A stretch of DNA of 62,706 nucleotides, counting the filler, from Sphacelaria rigidula (Eukaryota): NCBI GenBank assembly GCA_964200075.2. It is 6 parts of 6 records of this genome, joined end to end, with 100 filler letters (N's around TTAATTAATTAA, not from the genome) between each part and the next. Parts side by side here need not be neighbours in the genome. Positions count along the whole stretch, not along the records: positions 41,873 to 52,239 come from CAXNAA020006639.1; positions 52,340 to 62,706 come from CAXNAA020006640.1; 4 more parts are not named here. One strand, 5' to 3'. This document shows, piece after piece, positions 49,860 through 62,706 of the stretch. The notes under the pieces were generated by a model that was not told the origin of the DNA, made no database searches, and worked only from the letters and a program-made list of their open reading frames with translations. Every line of letters begins with the position of its first letter. Position 1 is the first letter of the stretch. The position numbers and the translations under genes were made by a program.

Positions 49860-51509
49860 ATGCCGTCATCTGAGAGCAACAGAGACAGCCGAAGCAGCAC
49901 TATTCCTGTTCTGGCTGGTGCGCTGGCGGCGGTTGCTAGTCTGGCGTTATGGGTCCACATTCGGGACAGGCAACGCACTCGCTCCGACTTCACTGTCGGC
50001 AACGAAATTTACATCCCAAGCAGGCACGATGGACAGCGCTGACAGCATTGCGTTGCAGTACGTACTTCTCTGTACAGTACAGGAATTGAATTTGTAGCAG
50101 TAGAGGTAGAATGGCGCTGGATGTCCTCGTCACACCCTTTCTTTAGTCGAGGCATGTGGATATGGCTCTAGCCGGCGGTTGTTATTCGGCGTATGCGTGC
50201 CCCCGCACATGGTTGGCCCGCTCGTGAGGAAAGAGTGAGGAGTGTGCGTTCGTCTTCACGGGATAATATCGGCCTTATTTAGAAGACCAGATAATGATGA
50301 GAAAGATACACGTAAAGCACCCGCAGCTAAAACGTAGTTCGACCGTGTACCTGCTGTTTGACGTCGTTAGCTTGGAGCTGTTTTCATCCTTTCATCCACC
50401 ACGTAGACTAACCACCTGCCCCGTTCCCCAGTTGTTTCTTCGCTAGCTTGTCTGTCCCACCCAACTACCGAAAACTGAAACGGAGTGTAGCAGATATGCA
50501 CGGACAGGTGCTGTGGTTGCGACCGATGCAGTCATGAGTGAACCTGTTATAGTTGCAGTAGTCGGCCTATACTGGGATTTGATCAGACTACAAAAACACA
50601 ACACCAACACGACCCAGAGGCGAGGTGCGTTATATGATGCGAAGTACACATGCATAACGTTTGCGCCAAGAGATGCGATAGGCTGGCGACAAACTGCTGC
50701 TACTTGGGTTGCACCTTGATCGCGGGGTGACAGCTTTTGCGCTGCAGAGCGATTCATCTCGTAGAAAGTATGTGATCCGTGAAGAATTTGGTCTAGCTAC
50801 AGCAGTGCTGTCTAGTATGCTTCCCTTCCTCTGATTTAAATGCGAAACAAGAACTGAAAGGTACGTTCAAACAACCACCTCTCGCGAGATACGAAATATG
50901 CTTTCTCGGCGTATTTTCATGCCCCGTGTATGCTTGGAAAACAAAATGGATTTTCGGCAGTAATTTCGTGGCCGTAAAGACGAGGTTTATACTCCGTAGT
51001 AAGTACATCACCGCCACCGACCGTTTTCTCGATTTGAGGGTTTGGGGAATTTAACGAAGACTCCTGAAAGATGTAGCTATGTGCCCCCTTTGGTGGTACC
51101 GTGGGTGCTGGTTTGTTACCTCCTTAGCTTTTCAAGAATGTAGTTCATACACACGCTTGCTTCGATAAAATATCGCACTGAAAAACTAGCCGGCGCCCCA
51201 GTCGACTGGGTCTGTCTGTTTGCGTCCGAAGGTTCCACACCCGGAGCGATATGACATGCTTCCAATATACGAGAACTGTTATAGTATGTATATCGGATAA
51301 ATTGATACAACAGACGACATGAAGGTATTGTCACCACACACTCAGATTGTACTCATCGTGCGCGGGACATAAATTATCCGACGTTTCTCTCTTGAATCAC
51401 ACGGACAAAAAGCATGTTGTCCGACCGATATGTATCGGACCGCGTGCACAACGGCATATTGCCCGACCGATGTATATATCGGACCGCGTGGGCAACAACA
51501 TAATGCCCG

Positions 51510-51555
<46 letters not shown>

Positions 51556-52119
51556 TTGACCGGATGGGCAAGAACATATTGGCCGACCAATACATGTTGG
51601 ACCGCGCGGGTAACAACAAATTGCCCGGACCAGTGCACATCGGACCGTGTAGCCACACAGATATTGCCCGACCAGTGTATATTGGAGCCCGTGAGGGCGA
51701 GTCCTCATCATGCATGAAAGTATGGGGTTCAGGCTGGTTGCGTCTCACCATTCAGGGGAACAAGTGCCTCGAAAATAAACCGCAGCCTGGACAAAATATT
51801 CCATTGTCAGAAAGTGTACTACCTACGGTGTAGACTATTGCGCCTGTTGCAGTAGACGTTAGATTCTATACTGTACGCAGTTCATTTTTTGGCAGTCGAA
51901 TATGTTGTTCACGATGTGAAATAAACCCGGTTCTCATATTCCAGGGGGGGTACCCATGATCTTGCATGCCGTAGACATGGGACCATTGAGGAGGGGTGTA
52001 CTCATGATCTTTCATGCCAAATCCGCAATGGGGAGTGGGAGGTGCTCCATGTAGAATTGTTCTCTTCAGGCCGGATGTTATGGCAAACAGATTTTTGGCC
52101 CACGGATTATTTACTTCTG
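49860..52119 (+). CDS. 5' exons of an N-terminally membrane-anchored protein (unknown; runs off the contig)
   Basis: ATG exon 49860-49969 (TM IPVLAGALAAVASLALWVHI), exon 50432-50507 preceded by a GACTAAC branch point, exon 52070-52119. In-phase product ...RDSCFFASLSVPPNYRKLKRSVADMHGQAGCYGKQIFGPRIIYFW. The first donor is GC. Confidence 0.45.
51400..51690. repeat. Degenerate ~43-bp minisatellite (6-7 units) with an embedded (AT)n expansion
   Basis: Units ggaccgcgtg...catattgcccgaccgatgtatatatc; (AT)n at ~51514-51549. Confidence 0.75.
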
Positions 52120-52730
52120 GTACGTTTGAGCCACTTTTTGACCCCCAAACAGAGAAAATCGTCAACGCACGTCTTGGACACCTTGCATCACAGAGAGGAG
52201 CCTAGTCTGTTTTTCAGATTCGCTTGGCTCCGAGGTTTCNNNNNNNNNNNNNNNNNNNNNNNNNNNNNNNNNNNNNNNNNNNNTTAATTAATTAANNNNN
52301 NNNNNNNNNNNNNNNNNNNNNNNNNNNNNNNNNNNNNNNGCTTTTTTTTTTTGCACCGCTTGTTGGCCAAACAAACCCGCGTTTGGAACCGCTCCCCCCC
52401 CCCCCCCCCCCCCCTCCCCTGCCGCCGACGCCTGATTGCGTGGGATAGTTTGCATTTCGTAGTTTTATGGTCCAGTTTCTGCTTAATTATCGCGTAGCTA
52501 TAGGAGGGTGTGGAAACAGAAGGCGCATGTTTCCATTAATTTTTTTTCATGTATATATCCCCGTTTTCTCGAAATCCCATGCTGGGTTTTTCTCGCTTCT
52601 GTTGCTGCTACGATCGGCCTTCCTTCTGTAGACGTAGATCGCGTGTTCCCGTCGTCCAGTCATCACCGTCTGGTACGGGTACATGTGCGGTCATTGCATG
52701 ACTTCTATCTGTTTTGTGCACATATCGCAG

Positions 52731-55700
52731 GCGACTGTACTGGAGGAGAGGAACAAGAGAGCTGCTCTTCAGACAGAATCGGAGGACTACCAGCGTCAGC
52801 TCAAGCGCTCCATCGCCAAAGTGGCGGCTCTTGGGAGGGATCGAGAAGAGAGGGACTCTAAGCTGCACGCCAAACAGGTACATGGTGCACGCACTTATGC
52901 AGTCTATTCTGAGCTGGGTATGACTATTGCGTTGTAAGCATTGAGCGATGCGGGGATCGGCCGTGTTTTAGCGCGGAGAAGATACGTACTGCGCACTACA
53001 CTCCTGTACTGCTGTCCCCAACTTGTCGATGATCCCTCCACACGATGAAGACTCCCTTAGTAGGAGCTGGAGAAAAAAACATTGCTCAGTACGACCTGGA
53101 GGGAGGTCATCTTCATCGGTAGGTTTGGAGGACAAACATTCTAGCGTTAAATATGAGGAGGCGATCTGAGGATTTGTACGTAAACAATGGTTGATACTAT
53201 GGAGATGCCGCCAACCCTAACGCTAACGCTAACCCTAACCCCGACCAAGGCATACCGAGAACTTTCGGGCAAGTGGGTGCAGAGTGTTTCCTAGGCAAAG
53301 TGTGCGTTGCCAGAGCTCAAATCGACGCCTTTCAGTCGATTTTGGACCAAAACACGTTCTGGACGAGCTGGGTCTACTGCTCACCACTGCTCACCTGCCC
53401 CAGACCATGAATTTCCTCTGAATTTTGTTCAGTCTGAAATCAAGTAAAATCGAGTACCAACCATTGTTCACGCACAAATCCACAGATCTACTGAATATGA
53501 GCATCCCTTGGTGGGAATTGGGAAAAAAGAACATCTGATATTGAATTCGAAAACGCTCATTGGGAAAATACGGAACGCTACTCAACCGTACTGCACACTA
53601 TACTGCCCCTGCAGAATACAGTCCTACCGCAGTTCAGTTATTGGCAAATCGAATGCTACAACATACTTCCACGTCCGCCTATACAGACAAAATGTTCAGC
53701 CTACATTATGCACCAGTTCGCCACGTGCTGCTCGGTTTCACTGCGAATGTGGAGCAACCTAATGCTCGTACTGGACTCCCGAGAGGTCCCCTGTCTCGTG
53801 CTCCATGTAAGCCGTGGTTTGATCGCCTTGTCTACAGTGACGGAGCTCGTTTCTCTTTCAATGCGTGCGCCCCTGTAGCCTCTTACGTGAAGGAAGAGGA
53901 AGCGAAACACGTACCCGTAATTTACTCCGAGTATGGGTCTGGAGTGAACTTTTTGTTGATGAGATTCGGATTTTGGCGTTGAGTGAGAAACGTGTGATCG
54001 CGGGCCAGATGAGTCCCGGTGCGAACGAATTCGCGCTATTGCCCCGCGAGCCCAGCCGGCAGCCCTATAGAAGAGTGGGCTGAGAACAGAACCCAATGAT
54101 GTCTCTGTACAGTATGAGTCTCTGGGTCCCGAACGCTTGATGGTTTCACATTTATCAACGTCACTCGCTGCCAACACGGCCATGGTCACAACGAGTTGAG
54201 CGTACCCAAAGTAGACAATCGAAAATACTCGCCACGGAACACGCGTCTGAAGGGAAGTATGAGGAAGAGAAAACAGCGTAAGCTGAAAAAAAGCGTCGTG
54301 TGCATGAATGCAAGTAAGTATTCATACAAACGATTGCTTGGCCCAGGTGTGGAGTGTTTGTGGAAAAGTGCGCATACATGCATGTACATAGATGGCATGT
54401 AATTTGAGAACATTAAGCCGACACTCCTTTTTATTTTTGCTACACTTTGAACCCCTCCCCCTTCCTGGGTCGAGTCCGTGACTCAAGGGGATCAAGTCAT
54501 CTCTCCCCTGGTACACGCCTTGCATTTTGGTGTAGTGGAATGGATCATGATCAGCACTCCTGCACCGCGTCAACTCTCGTCGAGCTAACTCAGCCAACTA
54601 CTTTGTTTTACTAACGTACTCACTCACGCTTCCGATGGTGCAAAACACTTACTGTGAAAAAAATATATATATCCACAGTCGAACCCACGTTCTCTCTCCA
54701 CCCTATCGGTGACACCACCAGGGCGCGGCTCATGTTTGGTTTTCAAATACCTCATCAAGGTGATCATTTACAGAATTGACCAAGTATCGGCCAAATGCTC
54801 TACTCGCAGGCTTCGCGTCCATGCCCTTTTCATCTGTGACGTCTTCGCTGGCGTCGGAAAAGAAAAAGAGCGAAATACCTCCCATCTTGATCTTGTTCCG
54901 AGATACGCTTCACGTATTTTCGTACCCTCGACTCACAAGTAGCACAATGCGAGACGGTTTGCGTCGGAAAAGCCTATGACGGCGACTGTCGTTCGATGAA
55001 AGGCTTGGATTGCGGAGACATGACGTCACCCCACGATGAAAAACACAGTTTATACCTCAGAGTAGAAGTGATTTCCGCCGCTACCTCCCGCTGTCGCCTG
55101 ATTCTCAGGAAGAGATTGGCGAGCTGAAGGCAGAGTTGCGTAGGACAGTATCGGAGGCGAAGAACACGGTTCGTCGGCTGAGTGCCGGCCGTAGCGCGGG
55201 GACCGGCGCCGGCGCGTTTGGCTTCACCCCTCGGGGCGGAACCGCGGGAGGGGAGGGTGATGGCATGGCCCCGGGTAAGGGGCCACCACACACGCCTTCC
55301 AAGAAGCTGTGCGAGGCTAAGTTCAGGTATATCCCTTACTGGAGGAAGGTGTGACACCGCTTTATTTTCCAAGCTCCAATGGTTGATCATTGAGAGTCAC
55401 GTTGGTGATAAGACCTTTGTTGTGCCGGGCTTTACAGTGTGCGCTTTTCTGTTTTGAAGCTGTGTACCTCCTCTGGTAGCGGTGTATTGCTGCCTGAGGG
55501 GTGTATCGATGTCTGTTTCCCTCGGCGGGAGCTGTCGGTACTTCAGCGGGGCCCCATGACAGTTGGATTTTTCTTGCGTATTGTTGCTTCGCCGATCGTG
55601 TTTGTGCAGTGCAGAGGAATCCAGCGATGGGAATCACTGTAGTCGAGCCTATAAAATAAATGTCTTCGCCTGTAACACACTAGTGAATGGCTGGATGTGT

Positions 55701-57611
55701 ATCACTCTGTGCGGATATCAAGTGTCGGCGAAAAGGTTAACGGCGATCGGCCATGGTGTGGATGGATGCCGTCGGTGCGTGTGCCGAGTCAAACTCGACG
55801 ACATGTCCTCAAGACACGAAGCTCACGTGGCCAAACCGTTTGTGGAATCAACTGAAAGATGGAGCGGCCAAAACGGCATCTGAAGTGAAGCCGCCTCTCG
55901 ACAAAAATGACAAATCGAATAAGTCACAAATCCATCACCCGTCCCCGTAACGAGCGCCACCTGCTTCTCGCACTGCCGAAAATGCACCAAAACTGAATCT
56001 CCGCAGGTACCATGGGAAAGGGTCCACGAGCAAGCTACCGTCCAACGATGGCCCGAGTGGTGTTCCTCCCTCACCAGATTCGTCAACCACATCCAGCACG
56101 CAATACCAACGGATACCCCGCGGTCGCGCACGGCCCACCCCCTCGTCATCCCGCCGGTCCAGCCCTGAGCCCTCGGCGGCGACTGAGAAAACGAAGATGA
56201 GCCCCATCTCGGGGATTAGGGCGACATTTGCCGCCCCTGCCTCTATAGCAGCGACGGAGTCGGCCAACACTTCAGTTCTTAGTATTGACGGCGTGTCCTC
56301 ACCGGACGGCGCCAGTACGGCGGCGGATGAGACAGAGAGAGCGGCGCACGAGAAGGTGGTAGAGTCGGGAGTAGCGGTTGGTAACCCTGCGATATTCCCC
56401 GATATGGCAGGTGCTATGGACGGCGGCAGCGGGGAAGCACGGGCGGGTAGTGAAAGTGTCCACTCTGATATGGATCCTGGGTCGATTGCGCTGTCATCCG
56501 GGGGAGAAAAGGAGACGAATAGCGGCGGAGAGGCGGCCGACGCCGCCGCTGCCATCGCCGCTGCCACAGCAATATTCGCCATGACCGGCGGCGGCAGTGG
56601 CAACACAAGCCGTTCACGATCCGGCACGAATGGAGGGCTAGAGGACGGGGAAGCGAAGGCGGAGCGTCGGGGATCATTGCTGAGGCCAAGAAGTGCCGGC
56701 AGCAACGGCAGCGCGGCGGCATCGGGCGAGAGAGGATTGAAGCGCTCGGTAAGCGGGAGCTTGGGAGCGAGTTCGAGGCTGACGAAAAGTACCGCGTCGT
56801 CTGCTGCAAGGCTGAGGGTTTCTGCCCCTCCTGTGCCAGACTTTGATGCCCCCGGTGGTGGGGAGCGTGCTATCGCGAAAACCAGCCGTCGTGCAAGTGA
56901 GTCGTGAATGTTTGCTGTTTGGACGAGTGTAAACGTTGATGATTGAGGTCTTCCCCTCACGTCTCACCGGCGATGCTCTGTCGTTGGTTTGGCCGTTACA
57001 TATCCCAGTAAGTTGTGTCCTGAAAGCGGGGAATCTGACGTCGAACTCCCAGCCTCGTGCTGTCGAACCCCTGCGCAGATGGTGACTTAATTTGCCCTAA
57101 CCCGTCCCTCCACGCGCTTCATTATGTGCCCTCGATTTGACAACCAGGTGCTCGGCACTTCGCCGTGTCAGACGACACCGCTGGGCCAGCATCCTCGCGC
57201 CACCGCCCTCCGTCTCCAACCGGGCGCGTGGTTCGGCCACATCGCGTCCACTCCAACTCGTCCACCTCATCCTCAGGCGGCGCCTCCCATGCCTCTGGCT
57301 CCTCGCGCCCCAACGTCAAACTGCGATCGCTGGCGTCCCCGGTCACCCGTACCTCTCGCATTTCCGCCAGCGGCGGTGGTGGAGGTGGACTGGGAGGGGC
57401 GACAGCCTCTGGAAATTCCACCGTTGCCAATACTAAGAAGCCTGGGCCACCCGCTTCACCGGCCGGCGGTGCTAGCGGTACCGGGGCCACGCTGAAAGCA
57501 TTTTCGACACGGGCATCGACTGGGCACAGCGCTAGTAGCTGTGGGACAAGTAAAGGATGGTTTGGAGAGAGGACGCGGGGATCGTCGCTCAATGCTTCTT
57601 CGTCTGGTGCT

Positions 57612-57643
<32 letters not shown>

Positions 57644-57779
57644 TGGTGAAGGTGCGGCGGCGGGCGGTACCACGGGGCGATCGCGCGCGCAGTTGGCGCT
57701 CCAGAGGCATCACGAGCGGATGGACAGGATAAGGGAGAAGCGGGAGGAGAGGAAGGGTGGTGGGGGTAAAGATACGTAG
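52731..57779 (+). CDS. 3' exons of a large coiled-coil / Ser-Gly-Ala low-complexity protein (unknown), 5'-partial
   Basis: Phase-consistent exons 52731-52877, 55109-55326, 56007-56896, 57148-57779(TAG). Heptad-like text (LEERNKRAALQTESEDYQRQLKRSIAKVAAL; EEIGELKAELRR), then a disordered tail ending ALQRHHERMDRIREKREERK. Confidence 0.8.
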
Positions 57780-59739
57780 TTGAGCAATTTTGCGGTAAAC
57801 GCAGTCGCTTGGAGGTACGGCGGCGGGTTGCGGGAGCTAACATTGACGTGTAGGTACTTGCGGGAGCCCGTTTATAGTGCGCCCATCGTGATGTACTGTG
57901 GGTGTATGGGCGCAATACGCGAGATACTTTTTACCGTTTCCATAATGGAGAAAATTAAAAAGTAGTTGTTTATACTCGGATGGGGGGCGGTCCATATGAC
58001 AGAGGGTCAATGTGTTGAATTCGAGACGTATGAACGGTTCCGATGTATAGCGCTTTTGGAGTAAAGTGAGCTGTATGGCTTGAATCCTCAATTTGTGCTG
58101 TTTTTTGGATGGTGGTTTCACTGAGGCAAGACAGCGCGTCTTCGTGGAGGTTTCGTAGACTGTCTTCGCGTCCACCATCATCGCACGATTTATCTCTTGT
58201 TCTGTATTTCGTGACCGTTTCACACAAAAGCAACGTTGTTTTGGGTTTTACTTCAGAGTGCCGAAAACAATATTCGTGCCTGGTGCGGGGATACGCGGAA
58301 GAACCGTTGGTGTAATGGTTTTCCCTTGTCGGATTTTAGTGGTGCATACGGCGTACTGAACGTGCAGTGCGTCTGTCATCTTCTTGAGATTTCTTCACCG
58401 TTGGAGCTGTGCTGTTGTCTGCATCGACCTTTCTCGGCTGTCCAACATAGTGTGCTGTGAAATCGTCTCACGACGGCTCTTTTTCTTGCCGCAGATTTTG
58501 GTCATTTTCCACAACATCCGCATACCCCATATAAGAATTGTATTTCACGCAAAGTATAGTCTGAATATTTTTGTTTTTCCGCGCCAGGTGTATTATAGCG
58601 TGACTTGAAGTCGTCTACAGTTCATTTGCCACTACCGGAACAATCTTCATCATTTTGCAGATGAGTTATACCAACGCAGGAATGCGACTGTAAATTTAAA
58701 TTTAAGCAACTCTCTTTCCATGAGTGACGAACAATACGTAAGGCAACGCGTTCTTGAAGCTATGCCAAGTGCATTTGTGGAACGCCGGGTGGGCGGTGGG
58801 GGGGAGAGGCGGAGGTGTGGGACTTTCTTGCTACAGGTAGTCGTTCGGTTCACCAGCAGTTGTCTTCGCGCAGATATCTGACAGATGAATATGTTGCCCG
58901 CAGGTGCTTGTGTTCGGTAGTCTTGATGGTGTGATGGGTAGAGCATCTGCTGCTGGACTTGATTCCATTCGCCGATTTTGTTTCAGGGTGGTGACAGTTT
59001 GCCGCGTGTAAAGAACAAACAGGGCAGATGGTGACAGCTCGTCAATACTACGAAAGGAGTGGCTGGTATGGTGGTTTCAAGGTGGGTCAACCATGGGGGT
59101 GAAATGAGCGCAACACGGACCGCTTTGCAGGTTTGAGGAAAGTCGGGTGCGATACTACAGACGCCGGGCCACCTCCTGTTGGTTACACACGAGAGGGGTT
59201 GGCCACGTCAGATTTGTGAGCAGTTCCATGGTCACTAACGAAAGCGGCCCGCTCTCTCAAGTAGCCGCTGACGCCACACAAGTGCTCGAAAGCCGAAACC
59301 AGCAAACAAATGAGAGATCCCACCACGTGAGATGGAATTCTCACATGGCGCGATATCTGCCAATCCACGGGACATCCCTGGAACAGTTCAACGCGAGTAT
59401 GTTCCCCCCGTGACTGACTAATCGCCCCTGCCTTACCGCACACTGTAGAGTCTCCGAATCGTCGGAGATATCAACCGATTCATGGGACAGTGCACCGACT
59501 CTGTCTTACACCCCAAGGCTGCCTCATCATCACAGGCCCCTTCTGTGGAGCATCAACAAACAGTCATCTATCCGCCCACCCGTCGTTCACAGCACGGTTC
59601 GACTGGCACCGAATCATATCACATACTTTCGCTGTTCGATACGAGCCTTGGATCGCGTAAAGCTTCCCACTGTTACTGAGCACCTTGTGCCAGCCGCTCT
59701 TGGCCAAAATCAGTTTCTCAACATGATAGAAACCCTGCT

Positions 59740-60067
59740 TTTCCAATTTTCAAATTGGTTGTTGTCTCAGGCTATTCCAGATTCGGCATTAGATTTCTGT
59801 GACAGAAAACACTCTGGTTTTTCCGGAATACTTGAAAAAAAAAAGGAGAGCTTTTCGACAAACTGCTCGAACCATGACGCCATTATAAGGAGTACAGGGT
59901 AGTACACTGAAAACAAGATAACTGTGCAGTGGTGTATGGAGTGCAGAATACTACACAGAACACAAGACAACATGGCAGTTCTGCAGTGTTTTTTTTTGTT
60001 TTGGAACCTGAAGACGGACTGTATACAGTATGCATCAGCTTCTCTTGTTGCTAAATCAATCTTGCTG
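59740..60067. repeat. Dispersed TE-derived repeat (copy of 9155-9430)
   Basis: Collinear match to 9155-9430 with a short internal duplication. Confidence 0.85.
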
Positions 60068-62706
60068 TGGCCGCGAGCGCTGGCGCCGATGCCAACGGGA
60101 GCAGCCGTCATCCTGACGGGTGCAAGCAGCACCCTGGCGGTGCAGTATATCCGCACAGTGCTGTGCGTCGCTCCCTTCATTGGAGCATGGGGTCTAGCCC
60201 AGCCGGTCGAGCGGTGTATACTGGTACTGGATGCGTGCCTTTACCCAGCAGTGCTCGGTATCGCGCAAGTGATGGGTCCGGGTAACATGAAATTTTTAAT
60301 TTCCAACAGTCAAGTGCGTCGACAGCACTGCGTCCTGACTGATACCATATGTCACAGCTTGGTGATAGAGAGACGAACACAACAATACAGCACATCAAGC
60401 AATCTCAGGGGAGACAGACCAAACCATCTTTGCAAGGTCTAAACATACCCTAGAACAGTGATAGCTACAGCACATGAGAGCAGAAGTGAGTGTGTTTGTG
60501 CTGCAGTACAGTGAGACACGACATCTCCCATGTTTTAGTTCTTCGGCTGATTTCGAATGAGCCCTCAGTGTTACAAACGGAATACTGTTTGCCTTAGTGG
60601 TCGTTCACATGCATGTCTCCACTGTACAAGTCGAGTACTAGAGCGAACAACAATAGCATTTCGGTCATGCAGGGTACAAGGTTTTGCTAGCTCATGCAAA
60701 TATGACTTACTTTTACTATTACATATGGTTACACATTTCACCATTCCGTTTGGCACAGTTCGATTTTACTATCATGTCAACATTCTAGCATCTGCTCGCT
60801 GCTGGAATCAAACACCTTACTGTCTCACCGTTACGCTTGAAACAATCGTAAGCTCACAGCATGTGGGTGAGTCCAACGTAGAATGACACAGGACGAACGT
60901 CACGATATGCTTGGTCACAGATCAAGGCCGATTTCTTTTCTCTTTCTCTCATTGGTGGTGTCGAGACTTCGCACTTCCGAGAAGGAGTGGACACCAGGGT
61001 GCACCCGATTGGGTCGGTCCTCGGAAAGAACCGGATCCAACCAGATGTAAAGAGGCATGTTTATGTATTCCGTCTCTCGACGGATTTACATAACGCCTCA
61101 CCCCTGACTGCGGTACTAGCCAGTCCCGCAATCAGCCCTCCGGGCGCGTAAGTCGTTTTGAATCGACGGCCCATCATCGTACTACCCTTATCCACCACGC
61201 CACGCCGCGATCCGTAACAGTACTGTCTGTAGATTTTTGTTTGTCCACGATTGGGTACATTTCCATATATAATGCAGGGTCTGGTACATGTCGACTTATA
61301 ATGAAACGGAGGGTCTGGTACGTTTCCACCTGTACATGTATGCGATGATACTCGGTGATATCGAGGGAAAATCCGCGGGGCGAACTGCAGGGGAGGCAAT
61401 CGCCGAAAGAATCACCTGCAAGCTCTGCTCCAGTGCACTGTAAGTTGATACCGGTAGAAGGACACTACCATAACCACCTTGCCGGCTGCCAGACTGTCAC
61501 AGCCTGTCAGGACGCAGGATCCGCGAGAATTGCTACTGTCAGGTACGTGTTGGAGCATGATACTTGATGTAGATCATCCTTGTACATGGGCACCAAACGC
61601 TGGGGGTTCTTACTCAAGGCTTCGATTTGGGGGATGATACTAGGTGGGCAGCGGCAACTACTGTTGGTTCAGGTCCCCCTTGTAGCAGGATGCGTTCGGT
61701 GTCCGTTTGACGAAGTGATCCTCCAAAAAACGAAATCGATAGGGGTTTTAGGGTGGAAAAATTTAGCAAAAAACTATCGCAAGAATCCGATCACAAAAAA
61801 CCTGACGCAAAAAAACTATCGCGAGAATCCTGATGCAAAACCGGAGTCGCAAAAAATCAGTGAGTCGATTTTTTACCCGCAGCAGAAACCAACTTCACTT
61901 CGTGAAAATGGAATACATTGCCGAACTATGGCCATCAATTAGATGGGCGGTAGTACATCACAGCCAACGAGGAGCATGTGCTAATGATGGCCATGAAATA
62001 AAAAGAGAGTGTGCAGGTGAATGAACCTACCTGCCCCAGCGCCACATCTCACCAGCGGGGGTACTGCAAATCGTCAAAATCGTATCCAAGTCTCGTGTGT
62101 AGCCCATACCCGGGCATCCGGACACATCACTGTGTGTGACGATCCGAACGCCCTTCGACAGTACCCCAACTTTCATTCTACCCTACTTTTGTACCATTTC
62201 GTTTCGATCCGAATGTTTGCTGAAGTTTTACCTTGAATCAACTCTCATCATGGGCGGGCAACTTTAGGAATACCTCGGTATTTCCTGTACCCGAGTTGAG
62301 TATCCTGTGGACGAACTTGAATATTGAAGTTGAAGTTAAAGGTTTTCGGTAAATCGGATCCAGCCTCAGATACTCTACTCAAATTTCGGATAAGTCGAGT
62401 ATGGATCTGAATACTCTACTCAAAGTTTGGGTGTATTCAGTATGAATACGAGGTTTGTGTTGGCGGATGATGAATTATAAGGGATGTACTCTGGCGTATG
62501 CCGAAGTTGAAATAAGATATAAGGGATCGCGTGTCCAAGGCGCAAACGTCGCAGAGTTGGTTCAAGCGGGCAAGACTGGTCTGGTGCAAGAGCACCAAAG
62601 AAGCAGACAGTATCACTCGAGACCAGTTGACCAGTCAGCGACACACCAGCAGTCTCAGTAGTACAGTGGTCCCTGGCACTTGATCGATTTTACAATGGAC
62701 AACACA

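Noticed and set aside
55935..57673. Long minus-strand ORFs (341 aa, 183 aa)
   Set aside because: Antisense shadows of GC-rich plus-strand exons.
49860..57779. Joining the TM-anchored exons to the coiled-coil exons as one gene
   Set aside because: A spacer at 52240-52339 separates them, and the intron phases (2 versus 0) disagree.

Overview
Eukaryotic, intron-rich DNA of roughly balanced GC content. The long GT-AG introns, gene style and repeat types suggest a brown alga or other stramenopile (inference). The window is not one locus. It is six unrelated contigs of almost identical, decreasing length (10369, 10368, 10368, 10367, 10367, 10367 bp) joined by identical 100-bp N44-TTAATTAATTAA-N44 spacers, so adjacency across spacers is meaningless. 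Gene models read by hand: contig 1, a 7-exon Zn-dependent alcohol dehydrogenase (5' exon missing); contig 2, a decayed Ty3/Gypsy element and a probable pseudogene; contig 3, a complete 10-exon DOMON + copper type II (DBH/MOXD1-like) monooxygenase and a Mutator-like element carrying a nested Harbinger MITE; contig 4, three exons of an mTERF gene with a foldback MULE and SINE-like elements; contig 5, the last exon of ribophorin II, a 4-exon TPR-like gene and the start of a divergent membrane-anchored gene, the latter two apparently using GC-AG introns; contig 6, the 3' exons of a coiled-coil/low-complexity protein. I found no convincing wholly new multi-gene system. The best leads are the monooxygenase, the nested transposons and a highly structured repeat at 41611-41745.
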